52,860 nt of DNA from Flavobacteriaceae bacterium (lineage in GTDB: Bacteria; Bacteroidota; Bacteroidia; Flavobacteriales; Flavobacteriaceae), in contig JAURCF010000001.1 of NCBI GenBank assembly GCA_030828565.1, positions 1 through 52,860 of the forward strand, written 5' to 3'. Both the position numbers and the translations under genes were made by a program. The notes under the pieces are model-generated. The model searched no databases, was not told the DNA's origin, and worked only from the letters and a program-made list of their open reading frames with translations. Positions 9,794-19,545 of the stretch are shown one piece after another. The first letter of the stretch is position 1, and the number at the start of each line of letters is the position of its first letter.

Positions 9794-9973
9794 ATGAAAC
9801 TCAATAAAAATATAATCTTTGCTTTTGCATCGCTTATTCTCACACTTTTGGGGATTGCTTTGGTGTTGCTTGGCGTTTTTAAGTACCGTGAATATGCTAT
9901 CGGGTTTTCGGTAGCCGGAACAGGTTTTATAGCTATTGGTTGGGTATTCAATGCCCTAAAAGGACGCGTTTAG
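9794..9973 (+). CDS. hypothetical small membrane protein (59 aa, two predicted TM helices)
   Basis: My own translation: [59 protein letters not shown]. It falls below the 60-aa cutoff of the supplied track. The clean hydrophobic hairpin pattern is more protein-like than the opposite-strand track ORF 9754..9951. Confidence 0.35.
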   Translation: MKLNKNIIFAFASLILTLLGIALVLLGVFKYREYAIGFSVAGTGFIAIGWVFNALKGRV

Positions 9974-11361
9974 CTATTGGTCATATTTTTGGGAACTACC
10001 CAAGCATCAAATTCTTCAGCAGTCACATAACCTAGTCGAACTGCTTCTTCGCGAAGTGTTGTTCCGTTTTTATGAGCTTTATTGGCAATTTCAGCGGCTT
10101 TGTAATACCCAATTTTGGTGTTCAATGCTGTAACTAGCATAAGAGAATTATTTACCAATTCGTTAATTCTAGCATGGTTGGGCTCAATCCCGCTAACACA
10201 GTGTTCTGAAAAGCTAAGTGCAGCATCCCCAAGCAATCGAGCGGACTCTAAAATATTGGCCGCCATCATAGGTTTAAATACATTGAGTTCGTAATGTCCT
10301 TGAGCGCCACCAACAGTCAGCGCAACATCGTTTCCAATTACTTGAGCGCAAACCATTGTGAGCGCTTCGCATTGCGTTGGATTTACTTTTCCAGGCATAA
10401 TGGAGCTTCCGGGCTCATTGGCGGGAATGATAATTTCACCAATCCCAGAACGAGGACCACTAGCCATCATTCTTATATCGTTGGCAATTTTGTTTAGAGA
10501 AACTGCCAATTGTTTGAGAGCACCGTGCGATTCTACCAACGCATCGTGGGCAGCCAGGGCTTCGAATTTATTTTTAGCGCTTACAAAAGGCAATCCCGAA
10601 AACTCAGCAATATAATTGGCCACTAACGGAGCGTATCCTACAGGAGTGTTGATTCCAGTACCTACTGCAGTTCCTCCTAATGCAAGCTCAGACAAATGAG
10701 GTAATGTATTTTTAAGGGCAGCCAGTCCGTGTTCTAGCTGGGATACATACCCTGAAAACTCTTGTCCTAAGGTAAGGGGAGTAGCGTCCATTAGGTGGGT
10801 TCGACCAATTTTAACTACATCCTTAAAAGCCTCCGATTTAGCACGCAATATTTCTAACAAGGAAGTGATATTGGGAATTGTGAGCGTTACAATTTTTTTA
10901 TAAACAGCAATATGCATTCCTGTTGGAAATGTGTCGTTGGAAGATTGTGATTTGTTGACATCATCATTGGGTTGAAGTGTTTTTTCACCTTTGCCCAATG
11001 TGTTTCCTTCCAAGACATGAGCACGATTTGCAATTACTTCATTTACATTCATATTGCTTTGGGTTCCCGATCCGGTTTGCCAAATCACCAAAGGAAATTC
11101 ATCGTCTAAGGCACCGGTTAGGATTTCATCACACACTTGTGCAATCAAATCCCTTTTTTCATTGGATAGAACGCCTAAATCACAATTTGCGTAAGCAGCC
11201 GCCTTTTTTAGGTAAGCAAATCCATGAATAATTTCGATAGGCATGGATCCCGAATTCCCGATCTTAAAGTTGTTTCGAGAACGTTCTGTTTGTGCGCCCC
11301 AGTATCTATGGGCAGGAACTTCTACTGTTCCCATGGTATCTTTTTCAATTCGTACAGACAT
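9970..11361 (-). CDS. fumC: class II fumarate hydratase
   Basis: Signature [16 protein letters not shown]. The N-terminus [28 protein letters not shown] aligns with canonical FumC starts, so I prefer the ATG at 11361 over the TTG at 11382. Confidence 0.95.
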   Translation of the reverse strand: MSVRIEKDTMGTVEVPAHRYWGAQTERSRNNFKIGNSGSMPIEIIHGFAYLKKAAAYANCDLGVLSNEKRDLIAQVCDEILTGALDDEFPLVIWQTGSGTQSNMNVNEVIANRAHVLEGNTLGKGEKTLQPNDDVNKSQSSNDTFPTGMHIAVYKKIVTLTIPNITSLLEILRAKSEAFKDVVKIGRTHLMDATPLTLGQEFSGYVSQLEHGLAALKNTLPHLSELALGGTAVGTGINTPVGYAPLVANYIAEFSGLPFVSAKNKFEALAAHDALVESHGALKQLAVSLNKIANDIRMMASGPRSGIGEIIIPANEPGSSIMPGKVNPTQCEALTMVCAQVIGNDVALTVGGAQGHYELNVFKPMMAANILESARLLGDAALSFSEHCVSGIEPNHARINELVNNSLMLVTALNTKIGYYKAAEIANKAHKNGTTLREEAVRLGYVTAEEFDAWVVPKNMTNS

Positions 11362-11491
11362 AATATGGGTGTTTGTATGCAAAGTTACAGTAAACGATTC
11401 ACTTTTTCTTGTTAATAAACACTAAAAAGATGTTTGTAGTTGCCAATCTTTCTCAATATCTTTGTACAGTTCAACAAAACAAAATGTACAT

Positions 11492-11656
11492 ATGTTCGAA
11501 TTTGATCAGTATCTTGGTTTTTTAGCATTTCTATCCATTCTTACCCTTGGGTTTTGGCTGATGATTTTTCTAATTGGTTTTATTGTACCCTTCTGGTTAG
11601 TTGGCGCTTTAAAGGAGCGATTCAAAGAACTTCGTGAAGCTAAAAAATCGAAGTAA
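11492..11656 (+). CDS. hypothetical small membrane protein (54 aa from the ATG)
   Basis: The track ORF 11462..11656 starts at a TTG, and an in-frame ATG lies at 11492. The product has a hydrophobic core (LGFLAFLSILTLGFWLMIFLIGFIVPFWLVGAL) and a basic tail. There is no family recognition. Confidence 0.3.
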   Translation: MFEFDQYLGFLAFLSILTLGFWLMIFLIGFIVPFWLVGALKERFKELREAKKSK

Positions 11657-11671
11657 GTAGATTACTGACTT

Positions 11672-14101
11672 TTAAAAGTCAAAACTTTCTCCTTCGCCGC
11701 CACTTTCGCCTCTATTCGATTTTCGAGATTTTCTTTCATTAAATCGATAGGTAAAATTGAGTGTGTAGGATGGCTCTCTCCACTGAAACTCGCTGTAGTT
11801 TTTTACATTTTCTGTCAATAAATTAGACCGTCTGCGCTGGGAATTAAATACATCCGAAATTCTAAATGTAATTGTACCATCGTCCTTTAACACGTCTTTG
11901 CTAATAGCTGTAGACACTGAGGCAAAGCCTTTGGATTTGTTTTGTGCGTCCTCTCTTGGACCGCGATAAAAAACATTGGTTTGCCAATCGATTTTCTTTG
12001 GTAGTGTAAGCGTATTGGATAATCTACCCGACCAGCTAGTGCTTTTTTTGTCGTAGATTTTACCGTTATGACTTCCTTTCAAGTCGTTTGCAAAGAAATT
12101 AATATTTCCATTTACTCTCCATTTTTTTGAAATTGATGCAGAAGAATTCAGCTCGAAGCCGTATCGATTTTGCGAAGCTAAATTAATAGGATAGCGTCTA
12201 AGGATAGGCACTAAGGTTTCTCCGACCATGGTTTTATCTCCTGTATCTTCTAAAATAAAAATAAAAACATCGGTTTGTCTTGTAAAATATACCGATCCGT
12301 TTAATGATATCTGATCCCATCGTTTTAGGTAACCCAAGTCTAAACCATTGGAGTAAGAGGGTTGGATATTGGGATTTCCTTGAAACAAATTGGTAGCACT
12401 GGATCGTGATGGAAATGGGTTAATAAATCGTCCGCGAGGTCTCGAAATTCTTCGGTTAAATCCTAATGTAATGCTTTGACTATTAGTCAACTCGTAGGAC
12501 AAGTTGATGGTAGGAAACAAATCGCCGTACGAATTTTTTATTTCTTGGTTCCCAGTTTTTTGATTGATTGTAATTTCAGTTTGCTCAAATCGAAGCCCAA
12601 AAAAATAGGAAAATTTACCTACCTTATTTCCATACTGACTATATGCAGCATAAATATTTTCTTGATATTCGAGTGTGTTGGATAGGTCCGTGTTGATTTC
12701 GAAGTTTCCTGAGGTTACTTCATTGGTTAGTTCATAAAGTATGACGCGATCTTTTAAAACAGTTCGAAAACCTGCTTCGAACTGCCCACTTTCACTAAAT
12801 GGATTGACATAGTCGGCTTGAATAAGAATCTGATCAAAGGTTTCATCCGTCAGAACAGTTTCACCCATTTTTTTATTGGGATTGGGAGCAATTTCATTAA
12901 CAAACACATCGCCATCTTCAATTTCTTCACTGTTTTCCTTTTGAAAATCAATGGATAATTTATGACCATCATCGTTGAAGTTGTGGTTGAAATTTATGTT
13001 AAACTCAAAGGTGTTGCTTACTTCATCTTCCTTTTCTTGTCGAAGTGTCTCAATCGTTTCAAGTCCAAAGTCGGTAGAAAACAATTGATTTGTTGCTATA
13101 TTGTTATTATCCCTATCGCTTAAAAACAAAGAAGTGGTAAGGGATGACTTTTCAGTAATGAAATATTCGATTCCCGCATTGGTATTCCATCCCACTCTAT
13201 TTCTGTCAAAAACCCGATTTTCTATCAATTCATCGTTTCCTTCAGGTTTTAAAAATTCGGATTTATAATAACTATTACCAATTGAAGTTCCATTGTTATA
13301 TCCAGAATTTAGAAAGAGATTGTATTTTTTTGTTCTGTAATTTAAATTTCCTGAAACACCGAAACTTTTGGGATAAGCAATGTTGGAGCTTAACGATCCA
13401 TTAAAGCCTCCAAACTTATTTTTTACTAAAATAATATTGATAATTCCTGCCGATCCTTCGGCTTCATAACGAGCAGAGGGAGAAGTAATTACTTCGACTT
13501 TGTCAATACTTTCCGCAGGCAATTGACGTAGCGCTTCCCCACCACTAACTCCAACTAGACTAGAGGGCTTCCCATTGATAAGGATTCGTACATTTTGATC
13601 CCCACGAAGCGCAACGTTTCCTTCAATATCAACAGTCACAGAGGGTACATTATCAAGCACGTCAGAGACAGTTCCACCGCGTATGGTAAGGTCTTTTCCG
13701 ACGTTGTAAATTCGTTTGTCTAAACGGATTTCTACCTCTGTTTTTTCCCTATAAACAACAACGTTTTCGAGCTGTTGAGTGTTGATTTCCATCAAAACAG
13801 TTCCCAAATCTTTGTCGCTGTCAATTGCTAGAGTTTCAATTTTTTTGGATTCAAACGAAATGTAATCGATCAATACAGTATAAGTTCCTTTTGTAACTTC
13901 AATAGAAAAACTTCCGTCTGTGTTTGTAATTCCTCCTTCAACAAGTTGATTGGTATTGGAGTCCAGTATACTGATAGTACAATACTCCAATGGAGTTTTG
14001 GTTTGTTGATCGATGACTTTTCCACTCAAGGTAAAGTTTTGAGACATCAACAATTGAACACTCAGGAGTGCGAAACCAATTAAAAGAATATTTTTTTTCA
14101 T
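11672..14101 (-). CDS. outer-membrane beta-barrel receptor (CarboxypepD_reg-like N-domain + plug-like region + barrel; TonB-dependent-receptor-like)
   Basis: Signal peptide; N-terminal LSGKVIDQQTKTPLEYCTISIL...DGSFSIEV carboxypeptidase-regulatory-like fold; plug-like VEVITSPSARYEAEGSAGIINIIL; long alternating beta-strand region; C-terminal aromatic residue (..ESFDF). Confidence 0.8.
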   Translation of the reverse strand: MKKNILLIGFALLSVQLLMSQNFTLSGKVIDQQTKTPLEYCTISILDSNTNQLVEGGITNTDGSFSIEVTKGTYTVLIDYISFESKKIETLAIDSDKDLGTVLMEINTQQLENVVVYREKTEVEIRLDKRIYNVGKDLTIRGGTVSDVLDNVPSVTVDIEGNVALRGDQNVRILINGKPSSLVGVSGGEALRQLPAESIDKVEVITSPSARYEAEGSAGIINIILVKNKFGGFNGSLSSNIAYPKSFGVSGNLNYRTKKYNLFLNSGYNNGTSIGNSYYKSEFLKPEGNDELIENRVFDRNRVGWNTNAGIEYFITEKSSLTTSLFLSDRDNNNIATNQLFSTDFGLETIETLRQEKEDEVSNTFEFNINFNHNFNDDGHKLSIDFQKENSEEIEDGDVFVNEIAPNPNKKMGETVLTDETFDQILIQADYVNPFSESGQFEAGFRTVLKDRVILYELTNEVTSGNFEINTDLSNTLEYQENIYAAYSQYGNKVGKFSYFFGLRFEQTEITINQKTGNQEIKNSYGDLFPTINLSYELTNSQSITLGFNRRISRPRGRFINPFPSRSSATNLFQGNPNIQPSYSNGLDLGYLKRWDQISLNGSVYFTRQTDVFIFILEDTGDKTMVGETLVPILRRYPINLASQNRYGFELNSSASISKKWRVNGNINFFANDLKGSHNGKIYDKKSTSWSGRLSNTLTLPKKIDWQTNVFYRGPREDAQNKSKGFASVSTAISKDVLKDDGTITFRISDVFNSQRRRSNLLTENVKNYSEFQWREPSYTLNFTYRFNERKSRKSNRGESGGEGESFDF

Positions 14102-14106
14102 GCTTT

Positions 14107-14472
14107 TTAATAAGTATTACGTTGCAGAAACGATGAAATGTTTTCCAAAGGTCTTCCTAAAATCACACTGTCTTCGGTTACTAGAAGTGGACGTTCCAAT
14201 AGAATAGGGTGCTTAGTAACGGATTCAATAATAGCTTCTTTGGTCATTGATTTTCCTTTGAAGTTCTCTTTCCATAGGGTTTCATTTTTTCGGATGAGAT
14301 CTTCGGGATTGCCCAAATAAGTATTAAATAACCAACTAACCGTGTCTTTAGAGGGCGGTTGGTTTAGATAAAGTACTGTGTCAAAGTCAATACTTTTTTC
14401 GGTGAGTAAATGAAATACCTCTCTAGATTTTCGGCATCTTGGGTTGTGGTAAATTTTTATTTTTTCAGACAT
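14107..14472 (-). CDS. ArsC/Spx/YffB-family thioredoxin-fold protein
   Basis: 121 aa. The N-terminal IKIYHNPRCRKSRE matches the ArsC-family IYHNPxCxxSR motif. It overlaps the upstream HAD gene by 16 nt. Confidence 0.8.
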   Translation of the reverse strand: MSEKIKIYHNPRCRKSREVFHLLTEKSIDFDTVLYLNQPPSKDTVSWLFNTYLGNPEDLIRKNETLWKENFKGKSMTKEAIIESVTKHPILLERPLLVTEDSVILGRPLENISSFLQRNTY

Positions 14473-15080
14473 GACACATTCATTTTAATCAATTCATTGC
14501 TAAGTTGGTTTGGCGACTGAAAGTGAATTCCTTTCATTCCCGAAGCAATAGCACCAATGACGTTGCTTTCGCGATCGTCAATAAAAACAGCCGAATTGGG
14601 ATCAATTTGGTAACGCTCAAGGGTGAGCTTGTAAATTTCAGCTTGTGGTTTGATCATTTTCTCTTCTCCCGATACTACAATGCCTTCAAACCAGCCTAAA
14701 AAATCAAAACGCTCGAGGGCAATGGGAAAGGTTTCGTGGCTCCAATTAGTGAGGGCAATCAGTCGAATTTGTTTTGAGTCTCTGAGCGTTTTCAATATTT
14801 CTACAGTTCCATGTATTGCTTCTCCAAGCATTTCTTCCCAGCGTCCGTAGAACATTCGAATGTGTTTTTCGTGTTCAGGAAAAAGTTGGACACGCTCTTC
14901 AGTAGCTTGTTGGTAGGGAGTTCCAGCGTCTTGCTGCTCATTCCATTCAGAAGTACAAATATTGTCAAAAAACCAATTCATTTTCTCACGATCACCATCG
15001 AATTCGTTCAGAAACACGTATTCAGGATTCCAATCAATAAGCACTCCTCCTAAGTCAAATATGGCAGTTTGTATATTCAT
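14457..15080 (-). CDS. HAD-superfamily hydrolase (subfamily IA-like phosphatase)
   Basis: Motif I AIFDLGGVLIDW (YihX-like D-x-G variant), motif II LTNW, motif IV FIDDRESN. 207 aa. Confidence 0.8.
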   Translation of the reverse strand: MNIQTAIFDLGGVLIDWNPEYVFLNEFDGDREKMNWFFDNICTSEWNEQQDAGTPYQQATEERVQLFPEHEKHIRMFYGRWEEMLGEAIHGTVEILKTLRDSKQIRLIALTNWSHETFPIALERFDFLGWFEGIVVSGEEKMIKPQAEIYKLTLERYQIDPNSAVFIDDRESNVIGAIASGMKGIHFQSPNQLSNELIKMNVSCLKK

Positions 15081-15081
15081 T

Positions 15082-16171
15082 TTATGATTCGTTTGAGGTC
15101 ATTAAATAAGCTTTTAAAAACGAATTGATGTCACCGTTCATTACTCCATCCACATCGGCTGTTTCGTGGCTGCTTCGAACGTCTTTTACCAATTTGTAGG
15201 GGTGCATTACATAATTTCGAATTTGAGAACCCCATTCAATTTTCATTTTCCCGGCTTCGATATCTTCTCTGGCTGCCATTCGTTTTTTAATTTCAATTTC
15301 GTAAAGTTGTGAACGCAACATTTGCATAGCGCGATCTCGATTGTCGTGTTGAGATCTGGTTTCGGAGCAAGAAATCTGTATTTCGGTAGGTTTGTGTGTT
15401 AATTGCACTTTGGTTTCTACTTTGTTTACATTTTGTCCACCCGCACCGCTCGATCGCGAGGTTATAATTTCGATATCAGCAGGATTGATATCAATAGAAA
15501 TGGTATCATCTACCAAAGGATATACATACACAGAAGCAAAAGAGGTATGTCTTTTGGCATTGCTATCAAAAGGAGATATTCGAACCAATCGATGCACTCC
15601 GTTTTCACCTTTTAACCATCCAAAGGCATATTCACCTTCGATTTCAAGAGTTACGGTTTTAATTCCTGCAACATCACCATCTTGAAAATTGAGTTCTTTT
15701 ACTTTGAAACCATTTTTCTCCGCCCACATGATATACATTCGCATTAGCATAGAAGCCCAATCGCAACTTTCAGTTCCTCCAGCACCAGCTGTTACTTGAA
15801 TTACAGCACTCATAGCATCTCCTTCTTTAGAAAGCATGTTTTTAAACTCTAGTGTTTCAATAAGAGATAATGTAGTATCAAATTGCGCGACAATTTCAGC
15901 GTCGCTTACAGCCTGTTCCTTATGAAAATCAAGAAGAACTTCGAGTTCTTCAAAATTTGATTGTGCTTTTTCGTAATCCAAAACCCATTGTTTGACAGAG
16001 CGAAGTTCACGCATGTGTTTTTCGGCAATTTTGGAGTCGTTCCAAAAATTAGGGTCAAATGTAGTTTCTTCTAAATTCGCCACTTCAATTTTTTTGGCAT
16101 CAATGTCAAAGATACCTCCTTAACGCACCAAGGCGATTCATGAGATCTTTTATTTGATCGGATGTTGTCAT
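15082..16171 (-). CDS. prfB: peptide chain release factor 2, expressed via programmed +1 frameshift (frame 0: 16171..16109; frame +1: 16107..15082)
   Basis: The main ORF carries the SPF (RISPFDS) and GGQ ([12 protein letters not shown]) motifs. The upstream minus-strand reading ATG ACA ACA TCC GAT CAA ATA AAA GAT CTC ATG AAT CGC CTT GGT GCG TTA AGG AGG TAT CTT TGA C gives [21 protein letters not shown]-stop. A +1 shift joins it in frame to [14 protein letters not shown].... Confidence 0.95.
16105..16120 (-). promoter_or_regulatory. RF2 autoregulatory +1 frameshift site: AGGAGG-TAT-CTT-TGA-C
   Basis: On the minus strand an internal SD-like AGGAGG (16120-16115) sits 3 nt upstream of the slippery CTT (16111-16109). 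This is followed by an in-frame TGA (16108-16106) and C (16105). The layout is the same as the canonical prfB site. Confidence 0.9.
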
Positions 16172-16253
16172 ATCAATAGTATATTGATTGTAAAAATAAG
16201 GCTATATTTAATACCGCAGACACGAATTGTAGATTTTATTTAAGACTGAATTT

Positions 16254-17288
16254 ATGAAAATTGATTTAAGAAGCGATACCATTACACAACCAACTCCGGC
16301 GATGCTCGAAGCTATGCTGAGTGCAAAAGTAGGCGATGATGTATATAAACAAGATCCCACTGTCAATGAGTTGGAGGCCTCTTTGGCTCATTTGTTTGGA
16401 ATGGAGGCAGGGTTGTTTTTTCCAACAGGAACTATGGCCAACCAAGCAGCAATTAAGTTGCATACCCAGCCCGGCGAACAGCTTATATGCGATCATTTCG
16501 CTCATGTTTTTAATTACGAAGGCGGAGGCGTAAGTTTTAACAGCGGTGTTTCTTGCCAGCTTATAAAAGGTCAACGAGGTATGTTAACGGCCGATCAAGT
16601 GGAATCGGCTATCAATCCACCTGATTTTTACCACAGCCCGCTTACAACATTGGTGTGTGTTGAAAACACAACCAACAAAGGCGGTGGTGCTTGCTATGAT
16701 TTTTTAGAATTGAAGCGAATTCAACAAGTTTGCCAAATGCATGGACTTCGATACCACCTTGATGGTGCAAGAATTTGGAACGCTTTAGAGGCAACCCATA
16801 CAACACCTAAGCACTATGGGAAATTGTTTGACTCCATATCGGTTTGTTTAAGCAAAGGGCTAGGTTGTCCGGTAGGTTCGGTGCTTTTAGGAAGTCGGGA
16901 ACTCATAGGTCGGGCTATGCGAGTTCGAAAGGTTCTGGGTGGTGGTATGCGCCAAATCGGCTATTTGGCAGCTGCAGGCCTTTATGCTTTGGAACATCAT
17001 AGAGATCGTTTGGCTGATGACCATCGTCGTGCTAAAGAATTGGAAGCAGCATTGAAAAAATTACCCATTATTGATCATGTAACTCCCGTAGAAACCAACA
17101 TTGTTATTTTTACACTAGCTCCCGATTTTGAGTCGGATATATGGGACGCGTTTTTAAAAAAACAGGACATTTCTTTGAGTCAAATGGGCGAGGGGAAGTG
17201 GCGAATGGTTACGCATTTGGATTATACCGAAGTCCAGCATCAAAAATTACTGGGTTTGCTATTGGATGAATTTTCATCATATTATTAA
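16254..17288 (+). CDS. ltaE: low-specificity L-threonine aldolase
   Basis: N-terminal DLRSDTITQPTPAMLEAM...GDDVYKQDPTVNELE; GTMANQ; PLP lysine context CLSKGLG. 344 aa. Confidence 0.88.
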   Translation: MKIDLRSDTITQPTPAMLEAMLSAKVGDDVYKQDPTVNELEASLAHLFGMEAGLFFPTGTMANQAAIKLHTQPGEQLICDHFAHVFNYEGGGVSFNSGVSCQLIKGQRGMLTADQVESAINPPDFYHSPLTTLVCVENTTNKGGGACYDFLELKRIQQVCQMHGLRYHLDGARIWNALEATHTTPKHYGKLFDSISVCLSKGLGCPVGSVLLGSRELIGRAMRVRKVLGGGMRQIGYLAAAGLYALEHHRDRLADDHRRAKELEAALKKLPIIDHVTPVETNIVIFTLAPDFESDIWDAFLKKQDISLSQMGEGKWRMVTHLDYTEVQHQKLLGLLLDEFSSYY

Positions 17289-17328
17289 TTTTTTGTACAT
17301 TAATACTTTCAAAATAAAAAAATAACCC

Positions 17329-19464
17329 ATGAAAACATATCTTATTCCTATCGTTTTTTCTGCTATTTTTGTGCTCTCCTGTTCTCAAAAAGAGAAACCC
17401 ACTAAAGAAATGATCATGAATGCACCTAAGGCTGAAAAAATTCCCACAATGTTGAAAAAACATGATGACCTTCGGGTAGATAATTATTTTTGGCTCAACG
17501 ATCGAGAAAATCCAGAGGTAATCGATTACTTAGAACGTGAAAACGACTACAACGATAAAATCACTGCTCATACACAGGACTTTCAAAAAAGTTTGTTTGA
17601 GGAAATGAAGTCTCGTATCAAAGAAGACGACGAGTCGGTGCCTTATTTTTATAATGAATATTGGTACATCACTCGATATGAAGAAGGAAAACAATACCCT
17701 ATTTTCACTCGTAAAAAAGAATCGATGGATGCCGATGAGGAGATTCTTTTTGATTGCAATGAAATGGCCAAAGAGCACAGTTATTTCCGACTTACAGGTA
17801 TTGAAATTAGCCCTGACAACAAACTTGCTGCTTTTGCGGTTGATACGGTTTCAAGACGTCAATACACCCTTCGAATTAAAAACTTAGAAACAGGCCATAT
17901 TTATCCCGAAACCATAGAAAACACTACTGGTAACAGTTCGTTTGCTAACGACAATATTACTTTGTTTTATACCCAAAAAAACCCACAAACTCTCCGTTCG
18001 GAGCGAATTTTTAAGCACAAACTGGGAACCTCTGCCTCCGATGACACTATGGTTTTTCATGAAAAAGACGATACGTTTTCCACCTTTGTTTATAAGTCGA
18101 AATCTCAACAATATTTAATAATAGGGTCAGCAAGTACACTTACTTCAGAGTATCAGATTTTGGATGCCGACACACCCGATGCAGCTTTTAGTGTTTTTCA
18201 GGCCAGAGAGCGTGGCTTGGAATATGGAATTTCTCATTTTGGAGACTATTTTTATATAGTTACCAATATCGACAAAGCCACCAACTTTAAGTTGATGAAA
18301 ACACCCATCGATAAAACTTCAAAATCGAATTGGGAAGAAGTAATACCACACCGCGAGGACGTATTGTTGGAAGGCATTGATATTTTCAAAGATTATTTGG
18401 TTGTGAGCGAACGCTCAAACGGGTTGAATCAAATCAATATTCAACGCTGGGACGGATCAATCAATTATTATTTGCCTTTCGATAGTGAAACGTACACTGC
18501 CTATACCACAACCAATGTCGATTTTAATACCCAAACACTTCGCTACGCTTTTAACTCCATGACTACGCCATCTTCAGTAATAGATTTTGATATGGAGACG
18601 CAAGAAAAAACAATACTGAAAGAACAACAAGTATTGGGAGGGAAGTTTGATAAAAACAACTATGTTTCTGAGCGATTGTGGGCGACAGCTTCGGATGGAA
18701 CTCAGATTCCTATTTCTTTGGTACAGCGTAAAGACGTTCCCAAAAACGCCAACAATCCATTGTTACTATACGGATACGGTTCGTACGGAAACACCATAGA
18801 TCCTTATTTTTCAACTGTTCGCTTGAGTTTGTTAGATCGTGGTTTTGTGTATGCAATTGCTCACGTTCGTGGCGGTCAGTATTTGGGTCGTCAGTGGTAT
18901 GAAGACGGAAAGCTATTCACCAAGAAAAATACCTTTACCGATTTTATCGATTGTTCCAAATTTCTAATCGAACAAGGATACACAAGTCCCGAGCACCACT
19001 ATGCTATGGGTGGATCGGCAGGTGGTTTGCTCATGGGAGCAATTATCAATATGGCTCCTGAGCTGTATAACGGTATCGTTTCGGCTGTTCCCTTTGTCGA
19101 TGTGGTTACGACCATGCTCGACGATAGCATCCCGTTGACTACAGGGGAATATGACGAATGGGGAAATCCTAATGATTCTACCTATTATCACTATATGAAA
19201 AGTTATTCTCCCTATGACAATGTTACTGCACAAAAATACCCCAATATGTTAGTAACTACAGGACTTCATGATTCACAGGTGCAGTATTGGGAACCCGCCA
19301 AGTGGGTTGCTAAATTACGTGAATTGAAAACCGATTCCAATCTATTACTGCTTCATACTAATATGGATGCTGGTCATGGTGGGGCTTCGGGAAGGTTTGA
19401 AGCTTTGAAGGAAATTGCGGAAGAGTACGCTTTTTTGTTTGATTTGGAAGAAATCCACGACTAA
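17329..19464 (+). CDS. ptrB: S9A prolyl oligopeptidase-family serine peptidase (oligopeptidase B-like), lipoprotein signal
   Basis: 711 aa. Signal/lipobox FVLSCSQ, beta-propeller N-half, catalytic triad contexts GGSAGGLLMG (Ser), TGLHDSQV (Asp) and DAGHGG (His). Confidence 0.8.
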   Translation: MKTYLIPIVFSAIFVLSCSQKEKPTKEMIMNAPKAEKIPTMLKKHDDLRVDNYFWLNDRENPEVIDYLERENDYNDKITAHTQDFQKSLFEEMKSRIKEDDESVPYFYNEYWYITRYEEGKQYPIFTRKKESMDADEEILFDCNEMAKEHSYFRLTGIEISPDNKLAAFAVDTVSRRQYTLRIKNLETGHIYPETIENTTGNSSFANDNITLFYTQKNPQTLRSERIFKHKLGTSASDDTMVFHEKDDTFSTFVYKSKSQQYLIIGSASTLTSEYQILDADTPDAAFSVFQARERGLEYGISHFGDYFYIVTNIDKATNFKLMKTPIDKTSKSNWEEVIPHREDVLLEGIDIFKDYLVVSERSNGLNQINIQRWDGSINYYLPFDSETYTAYTTTNVDFNTQTLRYAFNSMTTPSSVIDFDMETQEKTILKEQQVLGGKFDKNNYVSERLWATASDGTQIPISLVQRKDVPKNANNPLLLYGYGSYGNTIDPYFSTVRLSLLDRGFVYAIAHVRGGQYLGRQWYEDGKLFTKKNTFTDFIDCSKFLIEQGYTSPEHHYAMGGSAGGLLMGAIINMAPELYNGIVSAVPFVDVVTTMLDDSIPLTTGEYDEWGNPNDSTYYHYMKSYSPYDNVTAQKYPNMLVTTGLHDSQVQYWEPAKWVAKLRELKTDSNLLLLHTNMDAGHGGASGRFEALKEIAEEYAFLFDLEEIHD

Positions 19465-19545
19465 TTTTTGATTTTTTTTTGTTGAGAAAAGTGTTTTTAC
19501 TAAATTCGTAGACGTAAGTAACCCCAAAAAGTACTTAACCACTTT

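Noticed and set aside
9754-9951. Track ORF (65 aa, minus strand, TTG start) between menE and fumC
   Set aside because: Its composition is not protein-like and it has no recognisable start context. The same DNA encodes a much more convincing two-TM 59-aa ORF on the plus strand (9794-9973).
11666-11681. Perfect 16-nt palindrome TGACTTTTAAAAGTCA between the small ORF and the barrel-protein gene
   Set aside because: Only the outer 4 bp could pair around an all-A/T centre, and half of it is the barrel protein's C-terminal codons and stop. It is too weak to call a bidirectional terminator.
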